Positions 1-12,100 of a stretch of DNA of 64,000 nt are shown here, in pieces (positions within the stretch are counted from its first letter, which is position 1; every line of letters starts with the position of its first letter). Source of the DNA: an uncultured bacterium. GTDB taxonomy: Bacteria > Omnitrophota > Omnitrophia > Omnitrophales > JACQLI01. Below the pieces are notes generated by a model. It was not told the DNA's origin. It was given only the letters and a program-made list of their open reading frames with translations, and did not search any database. Where the stretch lies: the NCBI GenBank assembly GCA_964372875.1, contig CAYJTB010000002.1, positions 21,576 to 85,575 on the forward strand. Direction: 5' to 3'. The position numbers were made by a program, and so were the translations under genes.

Positions 1-557
1 ATTCCGTCACAGATGCCACCATCGGGTACATCACTCGTTACGCGCCGTCCGTTCGTGAAAATGGCGGTCTTTACACCCACGCCGGCAATTGGGCAATTCA
101 AGCGGAGGCCATTCGCCGCGACGGCGACAAGGCCTACCAACTCTACAAGAGTTTCAGCCCGATCCTCCGCGGGCTCGATCCGGATCACTATTTCACGGAA
201 CCTTATGTGACATCCGGAAACGTGGACGGACCGGACTCCCCGCATTTCGGTCGCGGTGGTTGGAGCTGGTACACAGGATCCGCACAATGGTATTTCACTG
301 TGGTGATGAATTGGATCCTGGGTGTCCGCGCCACCAAAGAAGGTTTACTGATTGATCCGGTTATCCCAAAAAGCTGGCCGGGTTTTAGCGTGAAAAGAAA
401 ATTCAGAAATGCTATCTACCAAATCGAAGTTAAGAATCCTAAAGGGGTCAGTGAAGGCGTTAAAGAAGTCCGCGTTGACGGAAAAGTCCATGCTTCAAAC
501 GTTCTTCCTGCTTTTGGAGATGGCAAGACCCACCGGGTCGAAGTTACACTGGGTTAA
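1..557 (+). CDS. Partial CDS, truncated at the window edge: C-terminal domain of a GH94-family glycoside phosphorylase (cellobiose / beta-1,2-glucan phosphorylase or cyclic-glucan-synthase type)
   Basis: Frame +3 reads ...ENGGLYTHAGNWAIQAE...EPYVTSGNVDGPDSPHFGRGGWSWYTGSAQWYF..., the typical GH94 catalytic C-terminus. Stop at 555-557. Confidence 0.6.
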   Translation, partial: SVTDATIGYITRYAPSVRENGGLYTHAGNWAIQAEAIRRDGDKAYQLYKSFSPILRGLDPDHYFTEPYVTSGNVDGPDSPHFGRGGWSWYTGSAQWYFTVVMNWILGVRATKEGLLIDPVIPKSWPGFSVKRKFRNAIYQIEVKNPKGVSEGVKEVRVDGKVHASNVLPAFGDGKTHRVEVTLG

Positions 558-2577
558 AACCCACTGGATTTTTCTCTCGCTGATCGGTCTATTCGCTTCG
601 TGTGCTCCCAGCACCCAGATTTTGGCCCCTCGCGAGACCAACGCTCTGTCTCCTTACAAGGAAATCCCCAAAGATAAAAGCTTGAGAGTGGTGCCGTCGA
701 TGTTGTTGATCGATGATTTTAATACCGGAGACGGAAAAAATCGTTTCGGTTCTCCTTGGAAAAGTGAAGGATTACGGCCCGCCGAATTTAAAATCGATTA
801 TCCCATGCAAGACGCGCGCCGTGGAAGGAGGGGAAAATCTCTTCTTCTTGAAGCGGTCCTCTATCCGCGCAAAAAAGGCATGGTTAAAAGTTCCCTAAAG
901 GGTCTTGATGTCAGTCAGGGCAAGGGTCTCGTATTCAAATGCCGGATAAAAACCAAAGAGAACAAACCCTTCGACGGCAAACTCCAATTAGCACTCAAAG
1001 ATCTACGAGGCAGCTCACAAACCGTTGATTTTACAGCCCCTTGCCTTCCCGACCCCGAATCGGATCCCGATAATTGGAGAGAAGTAATAATTCCCCGAGG
1101 TCTTCTGGCATCCTTAGATTGGAATCTTTTGGATGAGATTAGTTTTATTGTGAGCGCCTCAGAGACGACTTCCTTAAAAGCCCGGATCTGGATCGATGAA
1201 ATCACTTTTTTTGGCCCCGAGGAAATAGTTTTTTATTCCCAAAAAGATAATCTGGCGGGGTTTCCAACTTCCGTTGACGCAACCGCGCGGGCCAAAGCGC
1301 TTCTTGCAGAGCCTGACGATCAGAAGTTCCTTTTAGAAGTTGCGCGAGACACTTGGAAATACTTCGTCAATGCCTTGGACCGGAAAACGCATTTGCCCGT
1401 GGATCATATCCGGGTGGGTAAGCCCAACGACGTAGGTTCTTATACCACCCCGACCAACCTCGCCCTTTATTTCCTGGCCTGCGTTTCCGCAAGCGAATTG
1501 GGCATCATCTCCAAAAAAGAGGCCCGGCATCGGGCATTAGAAACTCTCCGGACCCTTAAAGAAATGAAGAGGTGGAAAGGTTTTCACTACAATTTCTACC
1601 AAACGCACTCCCTCATCGTATCGCGGCCCTATATTTCTGTAGTCGACCTTGGCTGGTTCACCGCTTCTTGGATTGTCTTGAGACAGGTTTTTTCGGAAGA
1701 CGCAGAAATTAAAGCACTCGCCAATCAGTTTTTGAAAGACGCCAAGTATCAGGAATTTTATGACTCCACCTTGGGGCAATTAAGACTTGGCTTCGACGAA
1801 GCAACAGGAAAGTATTCAGCCTTCCATTATGGACTGATTTCAACAGAGGCCCGGCTTGCGAGCTTTATAGGAATAGGAAAAGGTGATTTGCCCCTGGGGC
1901 ACTGGTGGTCCATTTACCGCGCGCCGCCCATAGATTGGGAATGGCAAATGCAAGTCCCTGAAGGCAAAAAAGTGAATATCGGAGGCTACCCTATTTTTTT
2001 AGGATTTTATAAATATGACCACATGAAGTTTATTCCTAGTTGGGGAGGGTCAGTTTTTGAATTTTTGATGCCGCCTCTTGTGATGAAAGAAAAAGAGCTG
2101 GCACCAAAATCATTTGGCATGAATAACCGGATCGCCACGCAAGTACATATTGATTATGCTATTAACCGCAAGGGTTATCCGATTTGGGGGATATCCCCAG
2201 CCTCGACCTCGAGTGGCCGGCTTTGGAAATACGGTGAATATGGCGTAAAAATACTAGGGGTTAAGGGCTACAAAGACGAAGGGATCATTGCCCCTTATGC
2301 CACCTTTTTGGCCCTGGAAACCCTACCCGAGGAGGCTATCCATAATATGCGCCGAATGCTCGAGCTTTACCCTGTCTATGGGGAGTATGGGTATTATGAC
2401 TCCGTGAATGTGAAAAATAATCATATCAACTCCCAGTATCTAGTCTTAGATCAAGGCATGATCCTAGTTGCTATCGCCAATTATCTCAGAAAAGGAGTTA
2501 TTAAAGAGTATTTTCACCGGGATGAAATTGCTAAGAAAGCGGCACCGCTTTTGGCACAAGAAGAATGGTTTAAATAG
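520..2577 (+). CDS. Lipoprotein with an (alpha/alpha)6-barrel glycoside-hydrolase-like domain (DUF3131/GH144-like; beta-1,2-glucanase-like?)
   Basis: I chose ATG 520 because the 409-519 extension overlaps the GH94 CDS in another frame. Signal peptide with lipobox, MARPTGSKLHWVKTHWIFLSLIGLFAS-C. Long ORF rich in W/Y motifs (HYNFYQTHS, GHWWSIY, YKYDHMKF). Family assignment is from memory only. Confidence 0.45.
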   Translation: MARPTGSKLHWVKTHWIFLSLIGLFASCAPSTQILAPRETNALSPYKEIPKDKSLRVVPSMLLIDDFNTGDGKNRFGSPWKSEGLRPAEFKIDYPMQDARRGRRGKSLLLEAVLYPRKKGMVKSSLKGLDVSQGKGLVFKCRIKTKENKPFDGKLQLALKDLRGSSQTVDFTAPCLPDPESDPDNWREVIIPRGLLASLDWNLLDEISFIVSASETTSLKARIWIDEITFFGPEEIVFYSQKDNLAGFPTSVDATARAKALLAEPDDQKFLLEVARDTWKYFVNALDRKTHLPVDHIRVGKPNDVGSYTTPTNLALYFLACVSASELGIISKKEARHRALETLRTLKEMKRWKGFHYNFYQTHSLIVSRPYISVVDLGWFTASWIVLRQVFSEDAEIKALANQFLKDAKYQEFYDSTLGQLRLGFDEATGKYSAFHYGLISTEARLASFIGIGKGDLPLGHWWSIYRAPPIDWEWQMQVPEGKKVNIGGYPIFLGFYKYDHMKFIPSWGGSVFEFLMPPLVMKEKELAPKSFGMNNRIATQVHIDYAINRKGYPIWGISPASTSSGRLWKYGEYGVKILGVKGYKDEGIIAPYATFLALETLPEEAIHNMRRMLELYPVYGEYGYYDSVNVKNNHINSQYLVLDQGMILVAIANYLRKGVIKEYFHRDEIAKKAAPLLAQEEWFK

Positions 2578-2702
2578 AGTCTTTTTATCCTTTTTTAAAG
2601 ACATAAAATTTCCCTTCACAAACCCCGTTTTATTACATACAATGAAGCCCGAGTTGTACATCAATAAAAGATTCTGCATGAGTTCGAAAGGAGCTAATTC
2701 AA

Positions 2703-3317
2703 ATGAAAGCGCAACAAATCCTTATCGCTTTAGCAGGTATGACACTCATTTCAACGACCCCTCTTTTAGCTGTTGAGGAAGCAGCCTCCGCAGGTGGCGG
2801 CAGCCAATTAGTACTCGCAGATTTTGACAGCGGTGACAAGCCTAACAATATCGGCGGAGACTTTGGTTCATGGGATAAAGACCCCAACGATGAAACCCAA
2901 TTTTCCCAAATGGCATTCGAAGGTGATGATGCTGCGGGAAATGCATCCGGTTATTCCATTCGGCTTGATTATGATGTCGACAGCCCCAATCCAGCCTACA
3001 ATGGTTTTTGGATGAAGTTAAACGGCGAAGACGCAACTCCCTACAATACGGTAAGTTTCTATCTCCGTGGAGATAAGGAAAAAGGATTCACCAAACGGAT
3101 CAAAGTTGAAATGAAAGATATGTCCAACCAGCCCTCGCCTTACATCGTTACCGGGATTACGGACCAGTGGCAGAAAATTTCTGTCCCCTTTGAAAAATTC
3201 CGCAAGGTCAAAGACTGGACCGCCATGAACGAATTCGTCGTGGTTTTTGACGACATCAACTCGAATCCCAAGGCCGGAACGATCTTTATCGATCAGATCA
3301 CGTTTGAAAAGCAGTAA
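2703..3317 (+). CDS. Secreted carbohydrate-binding-module-like protein (CIA30/CBM11-like beta-sandwich)
   Basis: SD aaaggag upstream. Signal peptide MKAQQILIALAGMTLISTTPLLAVEEA. C-terminal ...VVVFDDINSNPKAGTIFIDQITFEK, typical of the CIA30/CBM family. Confidence 0.45.
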   Translation: MKAQQILIALAGMTLISTTPLLAVEEAASAGGGSQLVLADFDSGDKPNNIGGDFGSWDKDPNDETQFSQMAFEGDDAAGNASGYSIRLDYDVDSPNPAYNGFWMKLNGEDATPYNTVSFYLRGDKEKGFTKRIKVEMKDMSNQPSPYIVTGITDQWQKISVPFEKFRKVKDWTAMNEFVVVFDDINSNPKAGTIFIDQITFEKQ

Positions 3318-3348
3318 GCTTTAAATAGCTTTGCACTGACGCACAACA

Positions 3349-4599
3349 ATGGATGCCCTAGCCCGGAGTAGCAGCTCAGCCATGCTAAAACAAGTCCTGC
3401 TCAAAGACCGTATCCTTACGGATAAGGAAAGAAAGAATCTGGCCATTTTGGAAGTCGTCCGGAAAAATGGCCCGATTTCCCGCACCGACATTTCCAAAGC
3501 GACCGAACTTAACATTGTGACGGTCTCCAATTACATCAATCACTACATCAAAAAAGGTTTGGTGATTGAAGGCGAACTTGACGAATCAACCGGCGGACGC
3601 AAACCCGTCTTAGTGGAACTCAATCCTAAGGCGGGTTACATTGTGGGTGTGGGTCTTAACATGCTCTCAATGGTGGGAATTATGGTCGATCTCGAGATTA
3701 ACGTATTAAAAGAAACGAAACGCGAGCGGGTTCCTGAGAATTCCGAGACCGTGATTCAGAAAATGGTGGATCTTGCAGAGGAGATCATCAGCGCCTCCGA
3801 TATCGACCGGTCAAAAATTGCGGGAGTCGGTGTCGGTGTTCCCGGCATTATTGACGAACGCGGCAGGACCATTCGTTGGCCCCAAAGCTTGGGCGACAAA
3901 GATGTTTCCATCTGCCTTTCCATTAAAGATACCTTCGAGAAAAAACTCAACATCCCAACGATCGTAGAAAATGATGCCAACTCCGCAGTGCTGGGCGAAA
4001 AATGGCTCGGTCTTGACCGCGAAGTCCGCCACATGATTTATATGTTTTCAGGCGTCGGCGTCGGTATTCTGATCAACGGCGAAATCTACCGAGGAGCAAC
4101 GGGTGCGGCCGGAGAACTCGGGGTTGCAAGTTTGAAGGAAAGTAAAGAAGAGGCCTTTGTGATTGCACCTCAACTCGGCCGTTGGGAAATGGATTTGGGG
4201 ATGGTCCGGGAAGCCCGCGAACGTCTGGAAAAAGGTGAAAAATCAGCACTTCGCGATATGGTAGAAGGCAATCTCCATAAACTTGGATTTAAAGAGTTGA
4301 TAAGAGGCGTGAAGGAAAAAGACCCCCTCACGCTTAAGATCGTCGAAGAAGGCGCAGTGCTCCTTGGAAGAAAAGTTGCTTTTCTTGTGAATCTTCTCAA
4401 TCCAGAAATTGTGGTCATCGGTGGAGGTGTAGAAGATTGCGGGGCCGGCTTTTTGGAGGCTTTAAAAAATACCGTCAAGGAATGGGCAGTGGAAGAGGCC
4501 TCAACCCGCGTCAGCATCATTCCCTCTGCCTTCGGCGAAAATGCTGTGGCCCTCGGGGCTGTTGGAATCGTAGCCCGGGAAATTTTCGCCCAGATTTAA
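3349..4599 (+). CDS. ROK-family transcriptional regulator / sugar kinase (NagC/XylR type)
   Basis: N-terminal wHTH (NGPISRTDISKATELNIVTVSNYI). ROK kinase core (GVGVGVPGIIDERG, GGGVEDCGAGFLE). Confidence 0.8.
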   Translation: MDALARSSSSAMLKQVLLKDRILTDKERKNLAILEVVRKNGPISRTDISKATELNIVTVSNYINHYIKKGLVIEGELDESTGGRKPVLVELNPKAGYIVGVGLNMLSMVGIMVDLEINVLKETKRERVPENSETVIQKMVDLAEEIISASDIDRSKIAGVGVGVPGIIDERGRTIRWPQSLGDKDVSICLSIKDTFEKKLNIPTIVENDANSAVLGEKWLGLDREVRHMIYMFSGVGVGILINGEIYRGATGAAGELGVASLKESKEEAFVIAPQLGRWEMDLGMVREARERLEKGEKSALRDMVEGNLHKLGFKELIRGVKEKDPLTLKIVEEGAVLLGRKVAFLVNLLNPEIVVIGGGVEDCGAGFLEALKNTVKEWAVEEASTRVSIIPSAFGENAVALGAVGIVAREIFAQI

Positions 4600-4612
4600 C
4601 CCTCAACTTACT

Positions 4613-5347
4613 TTGAGAGCCAGCTTTCTCGAGCATCTGGAAGAGCTGCGCTGGCGACTTATCGCATCGATCGCCGCCATTGTCGGTTTTTCCATGGCGG
4701 CGTATTTTTTTTCCGGCCAAATCCTCGAATTTTTTCTCTCACCCCTTAAGGCTTCCGGCGGCTACACTCTTTATTTTCACTCACCTTACGAAGCCTTCCT
4801 CACGCGCTTAAAAGTCTCTCTTCTGACAGGTGTCCTTGCCGCAAGCCCCGTGCTTTTTACCGAGCTATGGCTTTTTGTGGCCCCCGGTCTTCACCGCAGC
4901 GAAAAGAAGAAAATTTTTATTTTGATTTTAAGTTCAGTCATCCTATTTTTTGCAGGTGTGGTTTTTGCTTTTATGTTCCTTATGCCCTTTGGTCTTAATT
5001 TCTTTTTAGGTTTTCAGACGGATACCCTCCGGCCGCTTTTAGGCGTCACGCCTTATTTTTCGTTTTTGGTGGGGATGATCATAGCTTGTGGAATTTTTTT
5101 CGACCTTCCGATTATCGTACTCGGCTTAGTTGCTGCCGGTGTATTGAATGTAGAGCAGTTGAAAAAGGCCCGTAAATGGGTCATCGTCTTTTTCTTTTTA
5201 GCCTCCGCCATGATTACGCCTACCACCGATCCTGTGACACAAATCCTTTTAACGGTGCCTTTGATTTTATTTTACGAAATCTGCATCTTAATCGGCGGCC
5301 GGATGAGGAAGAAAGATAAGCATGAAAATCCTCTACGCAGGAGATAG
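4613..5347 (+). CDS. tatC: Twin-arginine translocase subunit TatC
   Basis: TTG start. FLEHLEELRWRLIASIAAIVGFSMAAYFF...; polytopic membrane protein of TatC length with the TatC N-terminal signature. Confidence 0.75.
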   Translation: MRASFLEHLEELRWRLIASIAAIVGFSMAAYFFSGQILEFFLSPLKASGGYTLYFHSPYEAFLTRLKVSLLTGVLAASPVLFTELWLFVAPGLHRSEKKKIFILILSSVILFFAGVVFAFMFLMPFGLNFFLGFQTDTLRPLLGVTPYFSFLVGMIIACGIFFDLPIIVLGLVAAGVLNVEQLKKARKWVIVFFFLASAMITPTTDPVTQILLTVPLILFYEICILIGGRMRKKDKHENPLRRR

Positions 5348-6068
5348 CCCCGCAGGCGGACCCGCGAATTACCTTTTAGGGATTCTTAGAGCGCTCAAAG
5401 CCGATTTTTTGCATCTGGGCCCCTCCGAAATTCTGGCGCCTCATATTCTTTCACGCCGTTTCGACACAATCATTCTAAGCGATTTCTCAGCCCAAAACGT
5501 CCCACAAACGTCCCAAAAAATCATTCGCGAACAACATTTATCCGGCGCCGGATTAATCATGGTGGGAGGCTGGGGATCTTTCTCAGGGCCTTTCGGCGGG
5601 TGGCGGGGAAGCGCGATTGAAAAAATCCTTCCGGTGTCTTGTCTGGCACGAGATGACCGCACCAATTTTCCGGGCGGCGCTTTGATGACTCTGAAGGCAA
5701 AACACAGCATGTTTAATAAAATCGATTTCAAAAATCCGCCTGTCATCTGTGGTCTTAATGAAATCCGCCCGAAAAAAGAGGCCCTCACGCTTTTAAGCGC
5801 AAGAAAAGTTCAAATAAAAAAAGGCGGCTGCAATCCTCAAATTGCTCTGGATCAAAAAGAATACCCCTTGCTTGTGATTGGAAGAAATCAACACCAAAGA
5901 GTCGCCGCTCTCACCACAGACCTTGCCCCGCATTGGTGCGGAGGATTAGTTGATTGGGGAGGGAAGCGTTTGAAGCTTCGCGTAAATTCCAAAATCCAAA
6001 TTGAAGTAGGAGACTTTTACGTGAAGTTTGTTTCCGGTCTCATCCGTTGGCTCGCCAAACAAGAATAG
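5322..6068 (+). CDS. Class-I glutamine-amidotransferase-like (DUF1355/ThuA-like) protein
   Basis: MKILYAGDSPAGGPANYLL...LIMVGGWGSF. Overlaps the tatC stop. Family call is tentative. Confidence 0.35.
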   Translation: MKILYAGDSPAGGPANYLLGILRALKADFLHLGPSEILAPHILSRRFDTIILSDFSAQNVPQTSQKIIREQHLSGAGLIMVGGWGSFSGPFGGWRGSAIEKILPVSCLARDDRTNFPGGALMTLKAKHSMFNKIDFKNPPVICGLNEIRPKKEALTLLSARKVQIKKGGCNPQIALDQKEYPLLVIGRNQHQRVAALTTDLAPHWCGGLVDWGGKRLKLRVNSKIQIEVGDFYVKFVSGLIRWLAKQE

Positions 6069-6104
6069 AAAAAATTTACGCGAAGAGGAAGCCCTGAAAT
6101 CCGA

Positions 6105-9100
6105 TTAAGCAGCGATGGCCATCTGTTTTGCGGCCTCGAAGACCTTCCAGATCGCTTCCACTAAGGCAAAAGCCGAGCTCTTTATTTTGAAACGGGATCC
6201 GTTGATCTCAAAGAGATCTTGTTTTTGTGAAAGGCTCAGAACATCTTGAGCAAGTTTGGTGGAAGCACCTGACATAATGACAAGATAAGCAGCGCGTTTA
6301 GCTTCTGGAATAGAATAGGTCACAGAACGCAGACTTTTTCCAAAGTCTTCGCCAAATTCAGCGATCTTATCAGACAGGTTTTCCGGAAGGCTCAAGACAA
6401 AATAACGTCCAAGAAACGTTTGAAATTTAACCTCACCTTCAGGAAAATATTGCTTGTGCGCTTCATGGGCTGCCTTCAAGACTTCCTTTCGTAAACCGAT
6501 CCAATCGGGCGCGTAAACAAGATTTGCCCGGCCATCGGGGACAAGCTTTGTAAGTTCATCCATTTGTTTTGTGAGTTCGTCCTGATCTTGCTGATTCTTC
6601 ACCGCCTCCGGGGTTACAAAAATACTCACTCTGGCTTTCTTATTTTCGACGAGGGGAACAATAAGGCCTCGAAGCTCTGAAGTGCTTGGAACATAATCTA
6701 AAGTCGCCACATGCACTCCGGGTTGATTCGCTCCTTTTGCCAACAATGTAAAAATGCGAGCGATTTCACTATTAAATTGAATACTCTCTGTTTCCGGTCT
6801 CTCACTTTGTTTGGAAAATTCAATTAAAGCTGGAAGAATTTCTTCATCGTCAGGACTAAAGACCCACCGCATTTGTTTGGCGATTTCCAAGATAGCCCGA
6901 ACGACCGTCTTTGGATCCATCTTAGGGTTAGAATAGGGACGATGTTTTACAGCCCTTTCCATCAAAGAGAGGGTGAGAACCTCAGTTTTGGGGGAAATTC
7001 TCATTTCCGAGCGGCCGGCTTCAGTGTCCGGCGGAGTCGGAGGCACTTGAGGAGGCTGGCGGAATAAATTCTCAAGGCTCGCCCGGTCCTGCTCTTTCAA
7101 AAGGTGAAGCGCAAAAATTCGCCCGGCAAGGGTTTCAATAAGTTCTTCCATGGCCGGCGTGAGCGGTTGCGATTTCACCCGAAACATCTTTATGTATTCA
7201 GAAGGAAGCGGAACATTATTCGCAATATCTGCAAAAGATTTGTTATCCGTTAATACAGCCACCGGGTTTTCCTTTTCATACTTACCTCCCTGAACATTTT
7301 GGAAGTAAAACTTTCGGGCGTCTTCAGGGGTGAGTTCACCTTTCAAACGGAGAAGCTTTTCAATGAGCTCAGTTCGTGGCTCAAGCGTCGTAAGAAAATC
7401 AATGAGATCTTTATAATTCCTGTCAAACCTTGCCAGCGGTTCGGTAAGACTCCAAACCTCGCTGCGCATTTCGGAGCGGTTCGGATTTTCGCCTTGACCG
7501 GGAAGGCCCTTCTCCAAAAGGTTGCGGATAAACAGAGCCGTGCTAAAAAGAAAATGTTTGGCTTCTTCATTAGGAACATCTTCCTTTTGGCTCGCTGTAT
7601 TTAAGGCGCTTGCGTAGCGCATGAGTTCGCTGCTAAAACGCGCAAGAACGCTTTGAGGATCTTTGTATTCCGGATTCGTTTCGGGATGAGTGAAGGAATA
7701 GGTTAGAGTCGATTCCCCCCCCGCCGTTTTTTCGGATTCGATCAAAGTGACTTCATTCTTATCGGGTTCAACCGTTAAATTCCAGTAAAACCCGTGCCCT
7801 TCTTCCAATTCCACGCTGTTGGACACCACGATTTTTCCGCCTTCCCCTTTATCAGACGGCAGTTGTTGCAATTGGATTTTATATTCAACGCCGTTCGCCG
7901 CCGTGAGTTGGGTTTCGTAAATATTTTTGGTATGAGTAGGCGCAATTAAAGGTATGCGCTCTGAGGTAGAAATGACTTTATGATAATAGGGAGAGGAAAT
8001 CAGTTGAGAGGGGATAGATTGGGCTTCGCCCTTAGAAGAATACAGGAGCGTCTCGGCGGGTTTTTCCGGGTTAGGTCCCAATACAAGGTAAAGCTCCGTT
8101 TCCAATTGAGTCTTGGCACCCTCGGGCACGGTGATCTCAACCTGCCCCTCTTCCGTGACCTTTTGAAGCGTCTCGACTAAATGTAAAATTCGGCCCACCA
8201 AGACATCGCCTTTTTCCGCTTTAAACAAAATGTCCTGAGGCCGAACCTCTTTTTCTGAAAAGGGCGACAGTTTGACTCGGTTGAGAAGCATTTTGACTTC
8301 ATAGCCAAAGCCGCTGGATTGTTCAGAAATGCTTTTGATTAACTCTTCACGATGGGCCAGCTCCCACAATTTGGAGAGGTATTGCTTTAATTCTTCATCA
8401 CTGGCCCGCGCCTCGGAACGGAAGTTGCGGGAGTCTGTGTGAGGATCATACATAGGTTCAAGGGCCCGACGGATGGGGTCAAAGACGAAAAAATGTTCCA
8501 GATGAAGACTGGGTTTATGGATCCCGGCATAGGCGTCCTTAACACGTGACGGTGAAAATACTATTTCCACGGCGCCAGCTATCGCGAGGATATTGCTGTA
8601 ATCTCCCGATCGAAACCAACGAATCAGCTCGTCTTTCGTGGGAGGAAATTCGAGCCTCCGATCTTCCAACGTCTTTTTCCATTCGTCAGGAAGATTTTCT
8701 TTCTTATACTGTGAAGCCATTTTTGAAAGAGTCTCCAAATCTCTTTCGTCAATCAGCCCATCCAAAACAGGATCGGCGATAAAACGTGGCGGTTTTCTCG
8801 GTTCGCGAATCTCGTAGAGCCTCCATTTCATACCGGTCGGTGAAAACTCGAGCACAAACCGCTTTAATTGTTCTTCCAGGCCCGCTTGATTTTCCGGAGA
8901 ATCTTCAGCCTGAAAAAGAAGATGATCGGGAGTCCACCGGTTTACCTTGTAGCCGCCGCCTCTAAAATATTCGGTTTCTGTTGCCTTGAGGTAGTCAAAC
9001 GCCGCCATTTTTTCTACGGGAAGCAGCTCCTTGATCCGATTTTGGAGGGCTTTAATAGCATCGCCGACGCTCATTCCTTTGCGCGCTTCGGGATCATCTG

Positions 9101-12100
9101 ATTCAAACAAGCCCGCGGGCGTAAGAAGCTTAGGAGTAGAATTCGCGACTTTGGCGGCGAAGTTGCCTTGGGGGTCAACTAATTTTTTCCTAAGAAGCGG
9201 TTGAGAAAAATCACCGGCATTCCTCAACCCTTCGATCGGGAGTTTGAGATCAAGATAGATGGGATAACGGGTCGAATCCACGATAAGAAACCGGTTCTGC
9301 CAGCCTAAGTTTGCGCGTTCTTTTAAGGAAACGATGCTGAAATTGTTAGAAATTGCCTGCTCCATGGTCGTTGTGGTGTGTCCGCCGATGGCGAAATCCA
9401 CTCCGTTTTTTTCTACATAATCAGCAATCGCACGTTCGGAGTAATCGCGGCTCCAAAGCGTTTCGAGAAGAGGGTTTGTTTGGCGCTGTTCTTTCTGCGA
9501 TCTTGGAATTCGCGTAAGGTCTCTTACTTCGGGCGTGAAGAAATTAATAACGTCTTTCAAGCTTTGAATGTTGTGAACGGCTCCCGCATGAGCTAACAGA
9601 ATTTTAGTCCGGTCATCTTCAGAATGAATTTTTAAAACAACGGGAGAGGCCTGTATGTAGTTCTTAAAACCTTCGAGGGCTTCTTCGGAAAATGGTTTTC
9701 CTTCCCCGAACACCTCTTTTTCAAAAAATGAATTTTGGGTTGTAAGACGCTTTTGTTGCCAGATAGCAAGCCCTCCCATTTCGTGAGGGAGATGAGCATA
9801 GTCATGATTGCCGGGAAGATAATGCACCTGAACAGGGAAACGGCGCTTCAACGCCAAAATTTGCAGCAAGGTTGTGAAGGAATCCGCATAAGCCTTGGGA
9901 TCTTCGAAGAGTTCGCTTCGATGAGTATGAATCGCATCGCCCGTAATCACAAGATGAGCGTTTTTATCTTTGCGGAGCGCCCGTTCGATATCGACTTCTT
10001 TTAAAATTGCCGCCAGATTTTCATAAGCGCCGTGAAGATCGCCGATCACAATCAGCCGGTCCGCGTTTTTAATTTCTACCAAAGCGCCCGGTTTTCCGTG
10101 ATCATCGAGCCACCGGACGCTGCGCTCCCGATTATTGATCTCTTCTCCCTGAGAGTGAAGCGGGTACGCATCAAGTGCCGTCACCGCCCGCGCGAAAAAT
10201 TTTTCCGCACCCTCTTTCATAAAGAATTCGTACATTTGTTCTTTATCCAAAACCGCGTCCTGCTTCGCTCGCACCTCGGCCCTCGCCCGCTCAGGCGAGG
10301 ACGGAGGAGTACCCGAATCCAACCGATTTGGGCGCACCTCGGCTCTTGCACCGGATTCTCTGAATTTTTCGGTTTCTAAAGTGAGGGATTGACCGTTCCC
10401 AGTTTGTGGATAATGACGGGCGGATTCAAGGACATTGATTTTCGAAGGACGGCTTACGATTCCGAAGTGCGTCTCGAGTTCTCCAAGGAGGCGGAAGATA
10501 ACTTCGTCTTCTTGAATGCTTGGGCTATAAGATCTCTGCTTCATGAAGTTCAGAGCTCGTTTGATCGTTCGAGTGTCGTAATTCTGAACGACGTATTGAA
10601 CGACCTCATTATCTTTACTGCGCACCTCGGCCCTCGCCCGCTCAGGCGAGGACGGAGGAGTACCCGAATCCAACCGATTCGGGTGCACCTCGGACCTTCG
10701 ACTCGGCTCCGTCCCGAGCGTAGTCGAGGGGCTCAGGTCAAAAACACTCGGCCCTGAGCGAAGCCCTTCGGACTGAGTCGAACGGGCCTCGGAGCGGGAT
10801 TGTAAGCTGGCGGGAATGGGATCGAGATCCGTTTGCTTAAGTTCTTGAATTTCTAAAGATTCATGATTCGGTGTAATTTCTCGCTCCCAAAGGATCAGAA
10901 CGCCCGGGGCTTTTAATCTTTCCCAAATCATTCTCGCTCTTTCCTTGATGGTCTCCGAAGTCCAGTGTTCTCCCATCCAGGTGTTTCTCCAAAAGAAGAT
11001 ATGAGAAGGCGCAATAAATTCTGGATGAGCGGGAAGATCAAACAGATTTCCGTAAATTCCTTTGAATTCAACATCGATTCGGGAACGGTCCGTTTTGGGT
11101 AATTCAAGAAGCCGGTCTTTGATTACTTGTTCAAGCTCCAGAAGCGCTTCTACACTTTGGTTTACCACCTGTAAAACGAGATGGATTTTTTGTCCCTTGC
11201 CTTTTAGGGTTTTTAGTTCAGCGATCACCGTTTCGACGGTCTCCATCAATTCATCCCCTTGCTTACCCGGTCCCAACGTCGTCACGACCATCCCACGCGT
11301 ACCCGCTTCCACTAAAGAATGAACGGCCGAACGCAAAGCTCTTTGCTCGTTCTCTTCTAGAGGAAAATTCGAATCCGAGATGGCTTGTCCTTGATCCAAT
11401 CCTGTTTGAACCAAACGACGAATCTCTTGTTCGTCTAAGTCGGTGTAAGGCAGGAAAAAATCTACGATTTTACCCGGCTTCCATAATTCAGGCCGGAAAG
11501 TCCCGCGCCGCATTTCCAATTGCTGCGCCACAATTTTTTCCAAACGTTCTCTTTTCGTGTCACTCCGCACCTCGGCCCTCGCCCGCTCAGGCGAGGACGG
11601 AGGAGTACCCGAATCCAACCGATTCGGGTGCACCTCGGACCTTCGACGCGGCTCCGTCCCGAGCGTAGTCGAGGGGCTCAGGTCAAAAACACTCGGCCCT
11701 AAGCGAAGCCCTTTGGGCTGAGTCGAACGGGCCTCGGAGCGGGGGGCCGTTATTTTATCTTTAATAATATTATGGTTGACTTTTAATAAATCATTTGTTA
11801 CCCTTTCCCCGTTCTGAAATGCTAAGGTATGATGAAAGGAGAACAAGCCTGAGGTGAAAATATTCTGGACTCCAAAACGGTTGGAGGCGATGTCAAAAAC
11901 TTCTTTAACGCTGTTCCAGGCATTTTTGGTGGCAGCAGTAGTTGGTGGCGTGTTAGGCAAAATTCCGAATGCCTGGCTCAAGTTGTTTTTTCTGTCGGCG
12001 ACGTTTAGCTTTTTGGTATTAGGAATTATAGTGGCCGATTGGCCTTTAATGAAAAAAGAGGAGGCCTGAAATGTTTGCTCTGATCTTTGCTTTGGTTCTG

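Noticed and set aside
409-519. N-terminal extension of the hydrolase-like ORF overlapping the GH94 CDS
   Set aside because: The out-of-frame overlap with a clearly coding GH94 C-terminus, and a good lipoprotein signal starting at ATG 520.
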